NCBI GenBank assembly: GCA_046563655.1
Contig: CM102290.1
Coordinates: forward strand, 14,818,001-14,882,000
Direction: 5' to 3'
Length of the DNA stretch: 64,000 nucleotides
Source of the DNA: Yuukianura sp. NJ FZ-2021
Taxonomy: Eukaryota
Shown: positions 12,426-24,439 of the stretch, piece by piece
How positions within the stretch are numbered: position 1 is the stretch's first letter
Layout: each line of letters begins with the position of its first letter
The notes under the pieces: generated by a model
What the model was told of the DNA's origin: nothing
The model's input: the letters and a program-made list of their open reading frames with translations, nothing else
Databases searched by the model: none
Program-made: the position numbers and the translations under genes

Positions 12426-13039
12426 GACTCGGTTCGTGTCAGTTGCCGTCTGGAGTCAAAAGAGGGCCTGCGTGGTAGAACCAAGAGTGACGACGGTAAC
12501 AATCTCCATTAAAAACTACATAGACTTAACACGAATCCCCACAATCTGCAATAAAAACTAAGAACGGAGTCGGGGTCAAGGCTGGGTGGGGTCGGTTGAT
12601 CCCCGGGGTTCAGGGGTGGACAAACCCCGGGGTTCGGGGATCAACAATCCCCTGCCGCCCACCACCCACTACCCACCTTATACATTTAGTACTTCTGTGT
12701 AACTTACTCTTGCCGGAGGGTAAAGGTTGACATGCACAGGTCAAGGGTTAGTTGTTAACTTGTACCATACGTTAGACTAACGTTAGGTGTGAAGGCGGCT
12801 ATAAAGTTGGTTAATTAGACTCCAGTTAAAATGTCAATTAATTAACTTGGTTAATTAAGGAGGAGTTCATGATTCTTTTAGTAAGGCTAGAGTTCATGAT
12901 TCTAAATAATTGCTAAAACACTTGACATGTAATACCACTCTTAACTGTACTGTTAAAATGGAATACTGTGTATTTTTTATTATTGAAGTATGTGTGTGTT
13001 ATACATAAATACATGTGTAAAAAGTGAGTGTTAGAGGGG

Positions 13040-13092
13040 GATGATGATGATGATGGTTGATGATGATGATGATGATGGAGTGGATGATGATG
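13040..13092. repeat. Interrupted (GAT)n microsatellite
   Basis: gatgatgatgatgatggttgatgatgat... Confidence 0.85.
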
Positions 13093-15438
13093 TACATGGA
13101 GTTAACACAGGAGAAATACTAGCCAGTGACGTGGCTCTTGCTTGTTATTGTTAAATAATTATATTAAATAATTAAATATATTACATAATTTAAGTGTTCG
13201 TTGGATTATATTTAAAAAAAGAGTCCACTTGTTTACCAAGTCGGCATTTTGTTGAATGCATATACAAAATAATACAAAGTGAAAAAAACATTAAATAAAT
13301 ATCCACATTTCCTCTAAAATTTCAACCACTTTTCATTTTGTTAAATTTTGGGATTCAAACTTTCAAAACTTGTGATTTTTCAGAAATCGTAGACTTTTTA
13401 ACGGAGAAAACTTTGATGAATGGATTGGATGGATTTTTGAGGAGAGTGACGACAACTTTTTCTTTGTTTTAACTATGTTGCTAATGTTTTTTTTAGATGT
13501 AGAAGTTTTAATTGGCTTTAACGATAATTAAATTAATGAAGTTTAAAACACGTTGAAAACGTTTTTTGTTTTGTTTCTAACGTTTAAAAACGTTGAGTTT
13601 CCCGCGCATGAACGTTTTTCCCGCCAACTTTTGAATTTGAACAAAGAAGTTCATGGATACAGAACGAGAGAGAGATAAAATGAGATAAGACTCGAATGTT
13701 TCCTGTTGGTAAGTTAATTGATTACGTTAATTAATCGTTTTAGTTGTCAATTAAAGTGACAGTTGAGTTAATTGATTAATTGATTGATTCCTAGAGTTAG
13801 TCAAGCATATCCAAGTCACAGCAGGGTGACTTTTATTCTTGGTAAGAGGCTGCTGTGTACAGTGGTGGGACAGGATTTGTAGATTTCTTGGTAAGTTTAG
13901 TTGTTATTCGTCTTAATTGAGTTGTGTTAATTGATTAGTTTCTGGAGTTAGTAAAGGGAGCTACTGTTATGTTTTGTTATATTCCTTTAGGTGATTCGGG
14001 GACTCAAGATGTGATTGTGCGAATAATGTTTTGGAAGAAGAGAGGCTGACACATCCCCAATCCAACGACTGCAAGGAGAGAGCCTAACAGGAAGATCGGA
14101 AGGGAGAAAGTTCATCTTCTGACACCTCATCATCATTCGTCCCTCTACGCTAAAACTAACGTAGATCATCCAAATATACCCAAAGGACCAAGTAACTGTT
14201 CTTGGAAAGAGCTAAACCAACAATGAGAGGGACCAAACAGTAGCAAACAGGCGGTTCTCTCCACTCCATTAATCGAAGGTACTAAGTTAATCATAGTCTC
14301 ATTCAGTAATAACTTAAGACTATAATTCATGTGTCTCTGGGTGTAACGATTAACGTCAAGTACTACGAAGGCCCTTGGTCCAAGGGGTTCTAACTTCGGA
14401 GTCGAGTGTCCTTAGCTTATTGACAGTTACAGTGTCACTGTGTTTACATAAAGTGGTGCCAACGGATATAAAGTTATGATTTGTGTTTGTTTTGTTTCCT
14501 AATCAGATTCTGTCATATCCAGAACGAGGAAGTGGTTCGTGATTAGTAATCAAGTCTGCTCAGCTGATTTTATCTTGTCAATCAACGGGATAACGGATAA
14601 CGGGATAACAACAACGATACTCCAACATTCTTAACGTACTCATCTGGAATGGTGAGCTGACTATAGATTTCATGTTAACGTATAACTTAGCATGTCATGT
14701 CAAATTTTTACCAAAGGTTACTTAATTGTGAAGGAATTTCGTGTAAGCTACTTAAAACGACTGTGGTTCTAGGTAGGCTTTTTGTGGTTCTGTCTGAAGC
14801 TTATCTTAAAAGTGTTAGTAAAGTTAGAGTCAAAGTTTATGTTAAGGTTAAGTTAAATGTTAAAAGTTAAGTAGAATGTTGAAAGTTAAAAGTTGAATCA
14901 TGTTTGTTTTTTGTGTTGTAGCTTTCCAAAGTGTATCAACTCATGACGATTTTCCATCTGTAACTACTCCGTCAACGGAATAATTTAGAATCTGTTGATG
15001 CTGATTCTAAATATTTCTTTGTTAGCAATTCAATACGCTAAAAAGAGCTTCCGTGGCACTTTTTTGTGTGTGTAATGAGCTCTGACACTCGTGTTCCGCT
15101 TCAGTGACGCTGAAGATGACACGGTTATCAAAATTTTACTCTGTAAAGTGTACTTTTGGAGAGTTATGAGTCATCCCTTTATCATTCCGTGTATCCAGAC
15201 GTACTAAAATGTGCCAATCCTTTCCAAATGACTGTTTCTTATTGTTAGCCTAAAGTAATTAACTAAATTTAATGCTCCACATTAACATTGTTCCTAATTT
15301 GTCCATTGTTTTTTGTAGGTTGCGGGTCAGAGGTCAGGAGGGATTGTTCTAAATTGTCAAAATCAAGACTCAAGTTGATTCCATTGGAGAAAAACTGAAG
15401 ACAGAAACTGAGATTATACTTTTGATGTGGAAGGAAGG

Positions 15439-18400
15439 ATGAGTGCCATCAGTGAGATTAACAAAGTATGGCTCCAGAAGTTTCCTGGAAGTTCTCTGCC
15501 CGAGGCATGGGCAGAAGATGTCAAGACGAACCTGTCGAAACACAAGAAAAGAGTGCTGGAGCTGGAAGAGGAGCTGGAGCAGGAGAAAGTGTATGTCCAG
15601 TTCCTGGAGACGCTGTTGGCCGAAGTGACACAAAGTGGTCCAGCGACTGCGCAGACAGAGTGTGCCAACGGTGCCGGATCCACTCAGGACATGGACGATG
15701 TCATCAAGGACACGCTTGAGAGGAGGTCAATTAGCCAGTTCAATTTACCCCAAGGTCAATCCAATTCTTGGCTCCAAGGTCAAGGTCACCCTGACGATGA
15801 CACATCTAATCTTGCGGAGTGTGCAAAACAAGAGATGAAACATTCAAAGAATCCAAACGATTCATCTGGGTCGAAGTCAAAGAATCTGAGTGACGCTGAA
15901 TCGCTGAAATCCAACGAGCAAGGTGACCAAGGTCATGACACGCTATGTCCAGACGATGCAACAACTGAAGAGGCTGGAGACCGTGACCACTTTGTGACAG
16001 TCATAGAAGTGAACGGATTCCACAAAAAGTGTCCAGGTTCTAGTCCTAGTCAAGGTTCATCGTCAACTGGAAGTTCATCTGGGGAAGACCAAAGCAAAAG
16101 ACTGAAAAAAGTACCGCCGCGGCCACCACCAAAGTGCTTCAAACGGTCGGATGTGTCGCCGCCGGAGCAGCCGAAAGAAGTCGTCACTCCGCCAATTCTC
16201 TGCGAGTCGCCAATGGAACGAGAAGAGCAATCCAGGCCAAATGGCGACATTCGGCCAGTAGTCTTTGACTCTAGAAAATTATCGTCAGCCAGTGACGACG
16301 GAAATGTTGGAATCAGCGATCCGGTCAAACCGCTTCAAACGTTCAGCCCACTCAAAAGATTCGAAGGTTCGAAATTACCGCTGCCAGCGATTGGCCAGTC
16401 AGCGATTGGCACTGACGAAGTTGTTGAAGGTTCAAGCTCAAGCGGAGTTTCCGAATCACGATCAGCATTTCTCAAACAACCTCAGCAGCATTTGGACGAA
16501 AAAGAACTGCCAGGCCGGTCTAAAATTCTGGATTTAGTCAATCGCATGGAGTCAAGTCAAAAGCAGACGAAGGGACCCCTAGAGCCCTTGACCCCTCGCC
16601 GGTCCTTCCGAAAACAGTTTCAAGGGCCCCTGTACCATTCTGTTCCCGTGGAGAGGGATCCAGTCATCTCAGACTATGTGGATCCATGTGATGCCGAATT
16701 TGACCTTGTGACGCATGACCAGGTCAAGTTCGGGTCAAATGACCAAATCTATGACAGTCCTCCACCAGAAGAAGACGAAGACTTTAGGCAGCTGAACTCC
16801 TCACCTCAAAGTCCATCCAAAACGAGTACTCTGGACACACGGGTCAGCGATAGTCAACTGGACACTGCTAGTTATCCAGACAATGAGCCGATGTATGGTA
16901 AGACATGCGGCCTATTATTGTAACTTGAGAGGCAAAGAATGGGAGTACAAGAAAAATAATGAACCGCGTGGGATTCGAACCAGCATCTCCTCATCCCAGG
17001 AAGAGCTCTAACCACTGAGCTAGCAGGCTCCTTCTTGGAAAGGGTGGAATCGGATGGCTACCTAACGACTATTGCCAAACGCCACAGCATTTACTAATTT
17101 TATTATGTTTTTATGCTTTTATATTTTGTTTTATTAATTTTTATTACATTTTTGTAGATACTGTTGCTCCTGACCAAGATGACGACTATGTGCTACTTCT
17201 GGAAGAGGGAAACCAAACGAGCTCTTCTACAAATTCTCTGGGGCAAAAGCAGACTGAATCGAATGGACAAAATGATGGAGCGACGATCAAGTCCCAGACG
17301 TCGGTCATCTCGGGCCAAAGTGTTGCTACGACAACAAGTTCTGGAACGGCGTCAGAGTCTGAAGGGGTCACAGGCAGTCCACTCCCCGAGTCCAGTCGAA
17401 CCAAGGACCTTACACACAAAAACTCCATTGCAAATTATGTCAACATCGACTATTTTCTGAGGTGAACTTTACTTTTTAGTAACTTTGTGAAACTAAAAGT
17501 TTTCATCGTGATTTACTTTTTTAGCAATCCGGGACGAAAAGATTCCCAGTACTCGGGAGAATCTGAAGATGAGGAGGAGCCTTCGTTGCTGCGTTCCGTG
17601 TCACTTCCAGATTCGGATGCTCAGCTAGATACACCAATTGATGGATTTAGCATGGACTCGGGTGAGTTCTATGTCATGTCCGTTTCTATAGTTACTAAAG
17701 TTGTCATGCTTACCAACGGACGCGTTTAGCTCATTGTTTATGATAAGTCACTTATCTGCTTGTGCTAATCTTTTGCTGGGCTCTGATATACTCGTCTATT
17801 CATATCATTTTACTAAACTTAACGAACCTAAGCTAGTCAAAATAACAAATTTTGTTCTTGTTAGTCAAAACTTGACCAGGTTTGTAGTCAAAAGTTGGCT
17901 AGTTTTGCTATTTTTAGTCAAAACTTCAGTTTTTAGTCAAAAGTTGTCTATTTTTGTTTTCTTTTTGTAGTCAAAAATTGACCAGTTTTGTTGTGTTGTG
18001 TGTTTAGGAGTGTTTGCCGGTGGGAGTGATTCTGCCGGTGGGCCATTTGGATCCACCCCACCAGGAAGCAGTAGTCGCAGGATGGGAAATACCGAAGCCA
18101 CCACTATGACGGCAGCTGATCACGAAAAACTGGCTCGGTTTCGGTATCTCCTCACGAATATTGCGGAGAGTGAGAGCTCTTTTGTGGATGTGCTGAACAT
18201 ACTGCTCCAGTACATGAAGGCACTCAAAGCGACTCTCTCAACATCCAAACCAGTTCTGTCTCAAGATGAGTTCAGTTGCATCTTCTACAAAATTCCAGAA
18301 CTGTTTGAACTCCACCAAAAGTTTTTGGCGGGACTCAAAGACAAAAACAGTTCCAGTGTTGGGAAGCATTTCAAAACATTGGTAAGTACTTTCACATTTT

Positions 18401-21400
18401 AGAACAAAATTTTAATGTTTTGGGGTAAGTTCAGATTTTTGTGGTTTTGTTTTAGGCACGAAGCATTTGGGTGTATGGAGCCTTTCTACAAAACTATTCG
18501 CGGGCAGTGGAGACTGTTCGGAAGTGCAGTCAGAACAATGCCGAGTTTTGTGAAATTGCAAAGAACATCAGACTCAAACCGCTCCAAAATCAGGCCGTGT
18601 CGCTGGAAACGCTTCTGTACAGTCCAGTTTCTCGTGTCCAGAAGAACACGGAGATTATTCAGGTAAATATCACTTGGGGCAAGGTGAGATTGTGGATTTT
18701 GAGCACAATTGGGAAGTTTACGGTAATTTGAAACCTTGTTGGTGATTTGTTCTAGGATTTACTCAAGTGTTTACCAGCGGGTCATCCGGACGAAGTTACG
18801 CTAAAGTCGGCCTTGAGAGAGTTCCAGTCTTTCTTGACGGAGTTCAAAATGATCCAGCCAGAGCAGCTTTTTCAAGGGCAGGATCGGAATGTCCGTCACC
18901 TTGTCAAGAATTCCTTCATTGTGGAACTATCTGAAGGTCACCGGAAGCTACGCCACATTTTTCTGTTCAATGATGTCTTCGTCTGTGCAAAGTACAAGGT
19001 AACACAACTACTTTTCAATTTTTCAATTACTTCCAAAAACATTTCTGAAAAGGTTTTCATTTTTTTTAGCCTACTGGGAAGTCCGAAAAGTTTACATTTG
19101 AGCTCAAATGGTACATTCCGATTGGAGAGTGTGTCGTTCTTGAAGAAAATTCAGAGCCGAAGGAATCCACGGTCGTCAACCTCGTGGCACTCCGCTCACA
19201 AGCTTCTACTGTTCGTGACCAAATTAAGCGCCAAACGAGCCGTGACGATCCAAAGGTAATTTGGAGTTGTTTATCAGATGAGTAAGCGATACTGATACTG
19301 ATGTTAACAGAAATATTAATATTGATACTGATGTTGATGCTGATAAATGATACAGTACATTTTCTAAATAAGCAACTAAAAACCTCAAACCTTTCTCCAT
19401 TTGTTTTCAACGGGGCCTCAGTGCGGCCTTAAAGGAAGTCTCACTGAGGCCCAGAACAAGAAATGGAGAAAGGGCTGAGGTTTTTAGTTTCTTATTCAGA
19501 AACTGTTGTGCTGTTGAAACTGATGTTGATGTTGATGCTGATGTTGATACTGATCCTGATAAAGATACTGAATTGCTAATGGTGGATTGTTTGAGTTGCA
19601 GAAGGCGAAAGCTGAGAAGCAGCGTAAGAAGCTGGCAGAGTTGGAGGCTCAACTGGTCCTTGCCTCTCCGAACCTTGTGTTCAAGTTGAAGTCTGGGAAT
19701 GGGCGTACTTATACGTTTTTCCTGTCTTCTGAGTATGAGCGGAGTCAGTGGGTGGATGCAATTGACGTTTTGAAAGGGCGTGGTCCAAGTTGTTCGCAGT
19801 TGAGTATGCAGGAGATGCAGCATTGGCTCACCTCTTGTCGTAAGCATCTCAAGACCAACATGGGTTCATACCTCCTCCGAACGGGGCAGGATGAGAATCT
19901 GCTCGTAGGAGATCTCTACATACTCATCGAACAGTTGAAAGGCATTCAGCGATCAGCCGGTAACTTCAACATTTCAAAAAACTTTACTCTCAGTTTTCAC
20001 TTTCACTTTTTTGACTTTGACTTTTTTGACTTTGACTTTTTTTTTATTTTGACCTAAAGAAAGACGTTCTACTGATTTTGTCTCACCTTGCCCCGTAACT
20101 TTTCTGTTTTGCTGAGGTTGATGCAACTTGCTTAATTTATGTCCGGCATTGTCCTACACGTTCATGTTAACTAACTCAATTACTAATTAGTCTCGCAGTT
20201 AATAATTAGTCAACTTTTGTTTACTTCATCTAACTCCGTATTTCAGACTAAATGCTGAAGTTAAGATGAGGCTAACTTTTTTTTTAACTTTTCTCATCAT
20301 ACCCCAGTGTTTTGAGTGGTATTTTTGCTGTACATTTTATGTGTCTCAGATTGCCCCAAATGTAAAACACTGTAAAATGATTGTGTCAAACTTTGAACTT
20401 TTTATTATTTTTTTATTTTTGCAGATCTGTACATTTGCATCGAAGTAGACTCCTATGGCCACTTTTTTCGAAAAGCAAAGACGAAGATGATTTGTGAAAG
20501 TGTAGCTCCGTGTTGGAATCAGGATTTTACGATTGAGCTAGAAGGGGCACAGAACCTCCGCATTTTGCTCTACGAAGATCATCAGCGTCAAGGCACTTTG
20601 ATACGTGCCAAAACAACCATTGAGGTAAACTTGTACACAGTAATTGACACTTTTTTCAAAATATGAAAATTTGAATTTTTTTTTTGTTTTTGTGTAGCTG
20701 AACAAGTCTTGGCTATCGGCCACAATGTGCGAGAGGAAAATCGATTTGCAGGAGTACGTGTTGACGATGTTCACAAAGTTCACGCCTTCGGAGATGACCA
20801 TCCGCAGAGTTCCTACTGCCAAACCAACGGGACTCTTCGGAGCAAAAATTACACAAGTTTGCAAGTAAGACTCATTGCAAAGAAAAAAAAATTGAATTTT
20901 TCAAAATTCTAATTTTTCAAAATTTTGAAAATTTTTAGGAGAGAGAAACGGCAGGTTCCCTTCATCCTGACTAGCTGCCTCAGAGAGGTGGAGCGTCGCG
21001 GAATAAACGAAGTTGGGATTTACCGTGTTTCTGGATCTACCTCAGATGTCTCCAGACTCAAAAAAGCTTTCGAAACAAGTATAAAATTTTGAATTTTCAT
21101 GAAATAGAATGTGAAATTTTTAGATTGTTTTTTTTTTAGATTGTTATGAGGCTGAGCAGTTGTTGAAGGAAGTGGACATCCACTCTGTGACGGGTATTCT
21201 GAAACTGTACATGCGAGAACTTCCAGAGGCCTTGTTCACTGATGAACTCTATCCACGCTTCTTTGAGGCCTTCAACCAACAAGATCAGGAGCTCAAGAAG
21301 AGAATTCTTCTTCAACTCTTTTCAACTCTCCCACCAATTAATCAGCACATCATCCTGTCTCTCCTGGATCACATGGTTCGGTATGTCAAATATCTCCTAG

Positions 21401-21702
21401 CAACCAAATCTAGTCTCCTAGCAACGGAATTCCTGACTGTTAAGACTAATTTGTGACTATGAATGGGTGATTTCAGGGTGAACAAGCATGAGAACCACAA
21501 CAAGATGTCTTTGCACAACATCGCGACGGTGTTTGGTCCAACTTTGCTGCGCCCTGGAGCCAAGAGTGAAGCCAACATCAGTGTGGATCTTCTGGCGGCT
21601 GGAACGGTGGATGTGATGGCTCAAGCTGGAATTCTCTACTTCTTCCTTACACGAAGAGCCAGCGGAGAACCAATGCAAGTCCTCCCACCTACAACGCACT
21701 AA
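15439..21702 (+). CDS. BCR: BCR/ABR-family RhoGEF-PH-C2-RhoGAP protein, 13 coding exons: 15439-16897, 17158-17461, 17525-17661, 18008-18381, 18456-18662, 18756-18998, 19070-19255, 19602-19959, 20425-20624, 20698-20864, 20939-21078, 21140-21380, 21477-21702
   Basis: BCR-type N-terminal coiled coil (WLQKFP...LEEELEQEKVYVQFLETLLA), YVNI motif, DH (IAESESSFVDVL), PH (RKLRHIFLFNDVFVCAK), C2 (IEVDSYGHFFRKAKTK), GAP with arginine finger GIYRVSG and NKMSLHNIATVFGPTLLRP. All introns GT-AG and frame-consistent. Confidence 0.93.
16961..17030 (-). mobile_element. tRNA-derived SINE head or tRNA pseudogene in BCR intron 1
   Basis: Minus strand GAGCCTGCTAGCTCAGTGGTTAGAGC...GGTTCGAATCCCACGCGGTTC. A box, B box and D stem are intact; acceptor and T stems are mismatched. 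Confidence 0.7.
19361..19502. repeat. Long imperfect inverted repeat (about 60-bp arms) in BCR intron 7
   Basis: tttctaaataagcaactaaaaacctcaaacctttctccattt...gggcctcagtg pairs with cactgaggccc...aaatggagaaagggctgaggtttttagtttcttattcagaaa. Confidence 0.9.
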
Positions 21703-21721
21703 CTACGGTAGTCACAACTTT

Positions 21722-22030
21722 ATTCAGGAACAGTTCAGGATTATGTAGAAAAAGTTAAGTTTTGTAGGAAAAGCAGAACATTTGGTATGAACAGCTCAGG
21801 ATTTGTAGAAAAAAGTTCAAGAATTGCATGAAAACGGGAATGGTTCATGATTTTCCATGAAAAGTTTGGGATTTTCTAGGAAAAGGTTAGTATTTTCCCG
21901 GAAAACAGGGAAACTTCAGGATTTGCCAGGAAAAGTTACAGGATTTTCCAAGAAGAGCTCAGGATTTTCCGAGAAAACTGGAAAAGTTCATGATTTTCAA
22001 AGAAAACGGGATTTTCCGGGAAAAGTTTTG
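21722..22030. repeat. Degenerate minisatellite (about 21-bp unit, aggattttccNNgaaaag-like) in the BCR 3' UTR
   Basis: Repeated units begin immediately after the stop codon. Confidence 0.8.
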
Positions 22031-23714
22031 AAGGTTTTGTCCCAAATTTTTTAGACTCACTTGAATTTACTCGACTGAGGTCAAAGTTGACCAAATTCCA
22101 AAAACTCGTAAACGTCCTTCACTCAAACTGGAAATCTTGTACAATTGTTTGCAAGTCTTTCTGCTCATCTTACCAAAAAGTTAATGATGAGGAAGACCTC
22201 AAATATTTTCGTTACCCGCCCCAACCTTTTAGTATTTTTATCTAAATCTCGTCAACTGCCAATTTTTAAAGGAAATTCACAAGTTTCCACAAAATTTGAC
22301 AAAAATTGAAATTATTTTGGAAAAAATGAACTTCCTTTTTTTTAAATAAGCCAATTGGAACAAGACCTTAAATCGTCAATTCCGTGCCTTTTTCATTCCA
22401 TAACAAACAAAAACTCAATTTCTATAACTCAATTTTTAAAAACTGCCAAACTTTACTTAAAACGATTCAAGATTTGGAAAAACTTGAAAACGTTTTTTGA
22501 AAGTTTTTTCCTTTCTTGCTGAATCTTCCATCCCAAATTCCAGTGTTCTGAAAAACTAATTTCTAAAAAAGTAGAAATGAGTGTGTGGGGTTATTCTTGT
22601 AAATTTAAAATTCTGAAAAAAAGGGAACCTGGTTTTAAAAGATTTAGAAAAAGTGTAGTCAGTAGCTTTACGGGGAGAGATTTCTGATGGTTTTTTGAAT
22701 TGAACGTAACCTAGTCAGGACATGATGAGTGCGACGCATGCGTAGTTGTGTCTGTCAACGTCTTGTGAATTTTGTACTTGTTAAGTCGCTGGACAGGGAT
22801 CAAGTTTTTGTCACTTTTACTTTTTGTGTCTAGTGAACTTCAAGTAATTGCAAGTAATTAGTGAATTACCAATTTTTATGAATTTTTGAAAAAGAGGAAG
22901 TCAAGGGGTAGTAACTAAAAACTAGTATGGATCAAGTAATTGTGAAAAGTAATTATTAAGTAATTAAGTAATTCGTAGAATTAATTCGTAGTGTGAACTA
23001 CTGAGCGACGTAGAAGTTTGTGGCGAACTACTTAAGGCGTGCCATTTTCTGTTTTAAAACGTAATTTTTTTTTCCATTTTACAAAACTAAAATCCTGTCT
23101 TGACCTTTTGAGTTAGGCTAAGCCAAAGTTAGCCTAACTTTTTCAAAGTTAACCTAATTTGAAAGTTAACCTAACTTTTTGAAGGGGTCATGGAATGGAT
23201 GCAGCTAAACAGACAAAAGGCGTCTGGTGCTTCACCTTCTAAATATTTCTGTGATAGGATTACTAAGACACGCCGTTAGGTTAGTAACCTAACCTCGTTA
23301 GGCTAAAAACCTAATCTTAACTTCTGTTTAAGCATAACGTTTACAACGACTTTTGTTACTTTTTCCACATATACTTTGTTCCTCTGTGCATCCGTGTTTT
23401 AAAAGTGTAAATAAGATGGAGGAAGAGGGGGAGTAAGGGTATCCGATGTTTCCGACGAAACGTGTGTCCATGTGTGGAGACTGTCTAAACGTAGGAACGA
23501 GTTGAATTAGTTTTTGACTTTTACTCTATACGTAAATAAGAGTATTTTACATAGTAGTTTCAAAACACCAATAAATTATGTGTTTTCTGCATAACACTCT
23601 TCAATTAACGCTTAATTAGAGATATGAATTGATTACCGGCGCTGTGAAATAACTGGATCGAAATGCAGATTTAATGTTTTTTAGAGATCTTGATTCTTAA
23701 TAAACCGTGCGAAG

Positions 23715-24439
23715 TTAGACTCTCTTCTTGGATTGCTTTCCGTCCAAGAAGCTGGAGTAGTCTGGAGCGGCTTGAGCCTCTTTCAAACGCTTGATAGCCC
23801 GCAAGTTCCGAATTGAGATAATTAGGAGAGCAAAGTTGAAAAAATACGTCGACACACAAACGACACACAGATCTTCCAGAACGTAGACGAGGATTAATCC
23901 TAAGTAGACTGACATAAGAACCGAAATTGAACTGAGCACCAGCAGACACTTCCCGAAGAGTGGTGCGGGATATAAACCTAAATCATAGAAATCAATTAGC
24001 AACGTCGCGAAAACGTTTGATTAATTGTGTGGTTCTTAATTATGCAACTACTTATGTATGAGACTTACTAAGGACTCCAGTTGCGGTATAGAAGAATAAA
24101 CCGTAGAAAGCATTTGATTGGTACAGAGAGCTTGACTCGCCAAAGATGGACCCGAGAATTCCAAATCCTCTGCTATAGCTACGTCATAAATGATGTTATC
24201 AATTAGTGTCGTGATTAATGGATTAATTTCAAATTGATCAATCGATTAACTTACAAAGAAGTGAGAACATCCGAGCAACTCATGGACGCTGAAATATCAC
24301 AGAGAGCTACGTATGATGGGTCACGCGTTTTGGCCTCACTCACAACAATTGAATAGTACGAGAAGGCTAGTCCGAGGGCAGAAAAAACCAACGCGTATCG
24401 TCGACACCAACGGAATACCCGAATCGCATCTTTCTCCAT
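23715..24439 (-). CDS. VKORC1: Vitamin K epoxide reductase; exons 24439-24255, 24178-24069, 23977-23715
   Basis: YVALCDISASMSCSDVLTS (loop cysteines), RGFGILG..QSN, active-site CVVC followed by STY, four hydrophobic segments, C-terminal KKRV (KKxx ER retrieval). Confidence 0.93.

Noticed and set aside
16961..17030. Functional tRNA-Pro(GGG)
   Set aside because: Acceptor and T stems are broken, and a GGG anticodon is atypical for eukaryotes.
21700..21711. Stop-codon readthrough context (TAA CTA) in BCR, also in COP1
   Set aside because: TAA is the least leaky stop, and another in-frame stop follows within a few codons.
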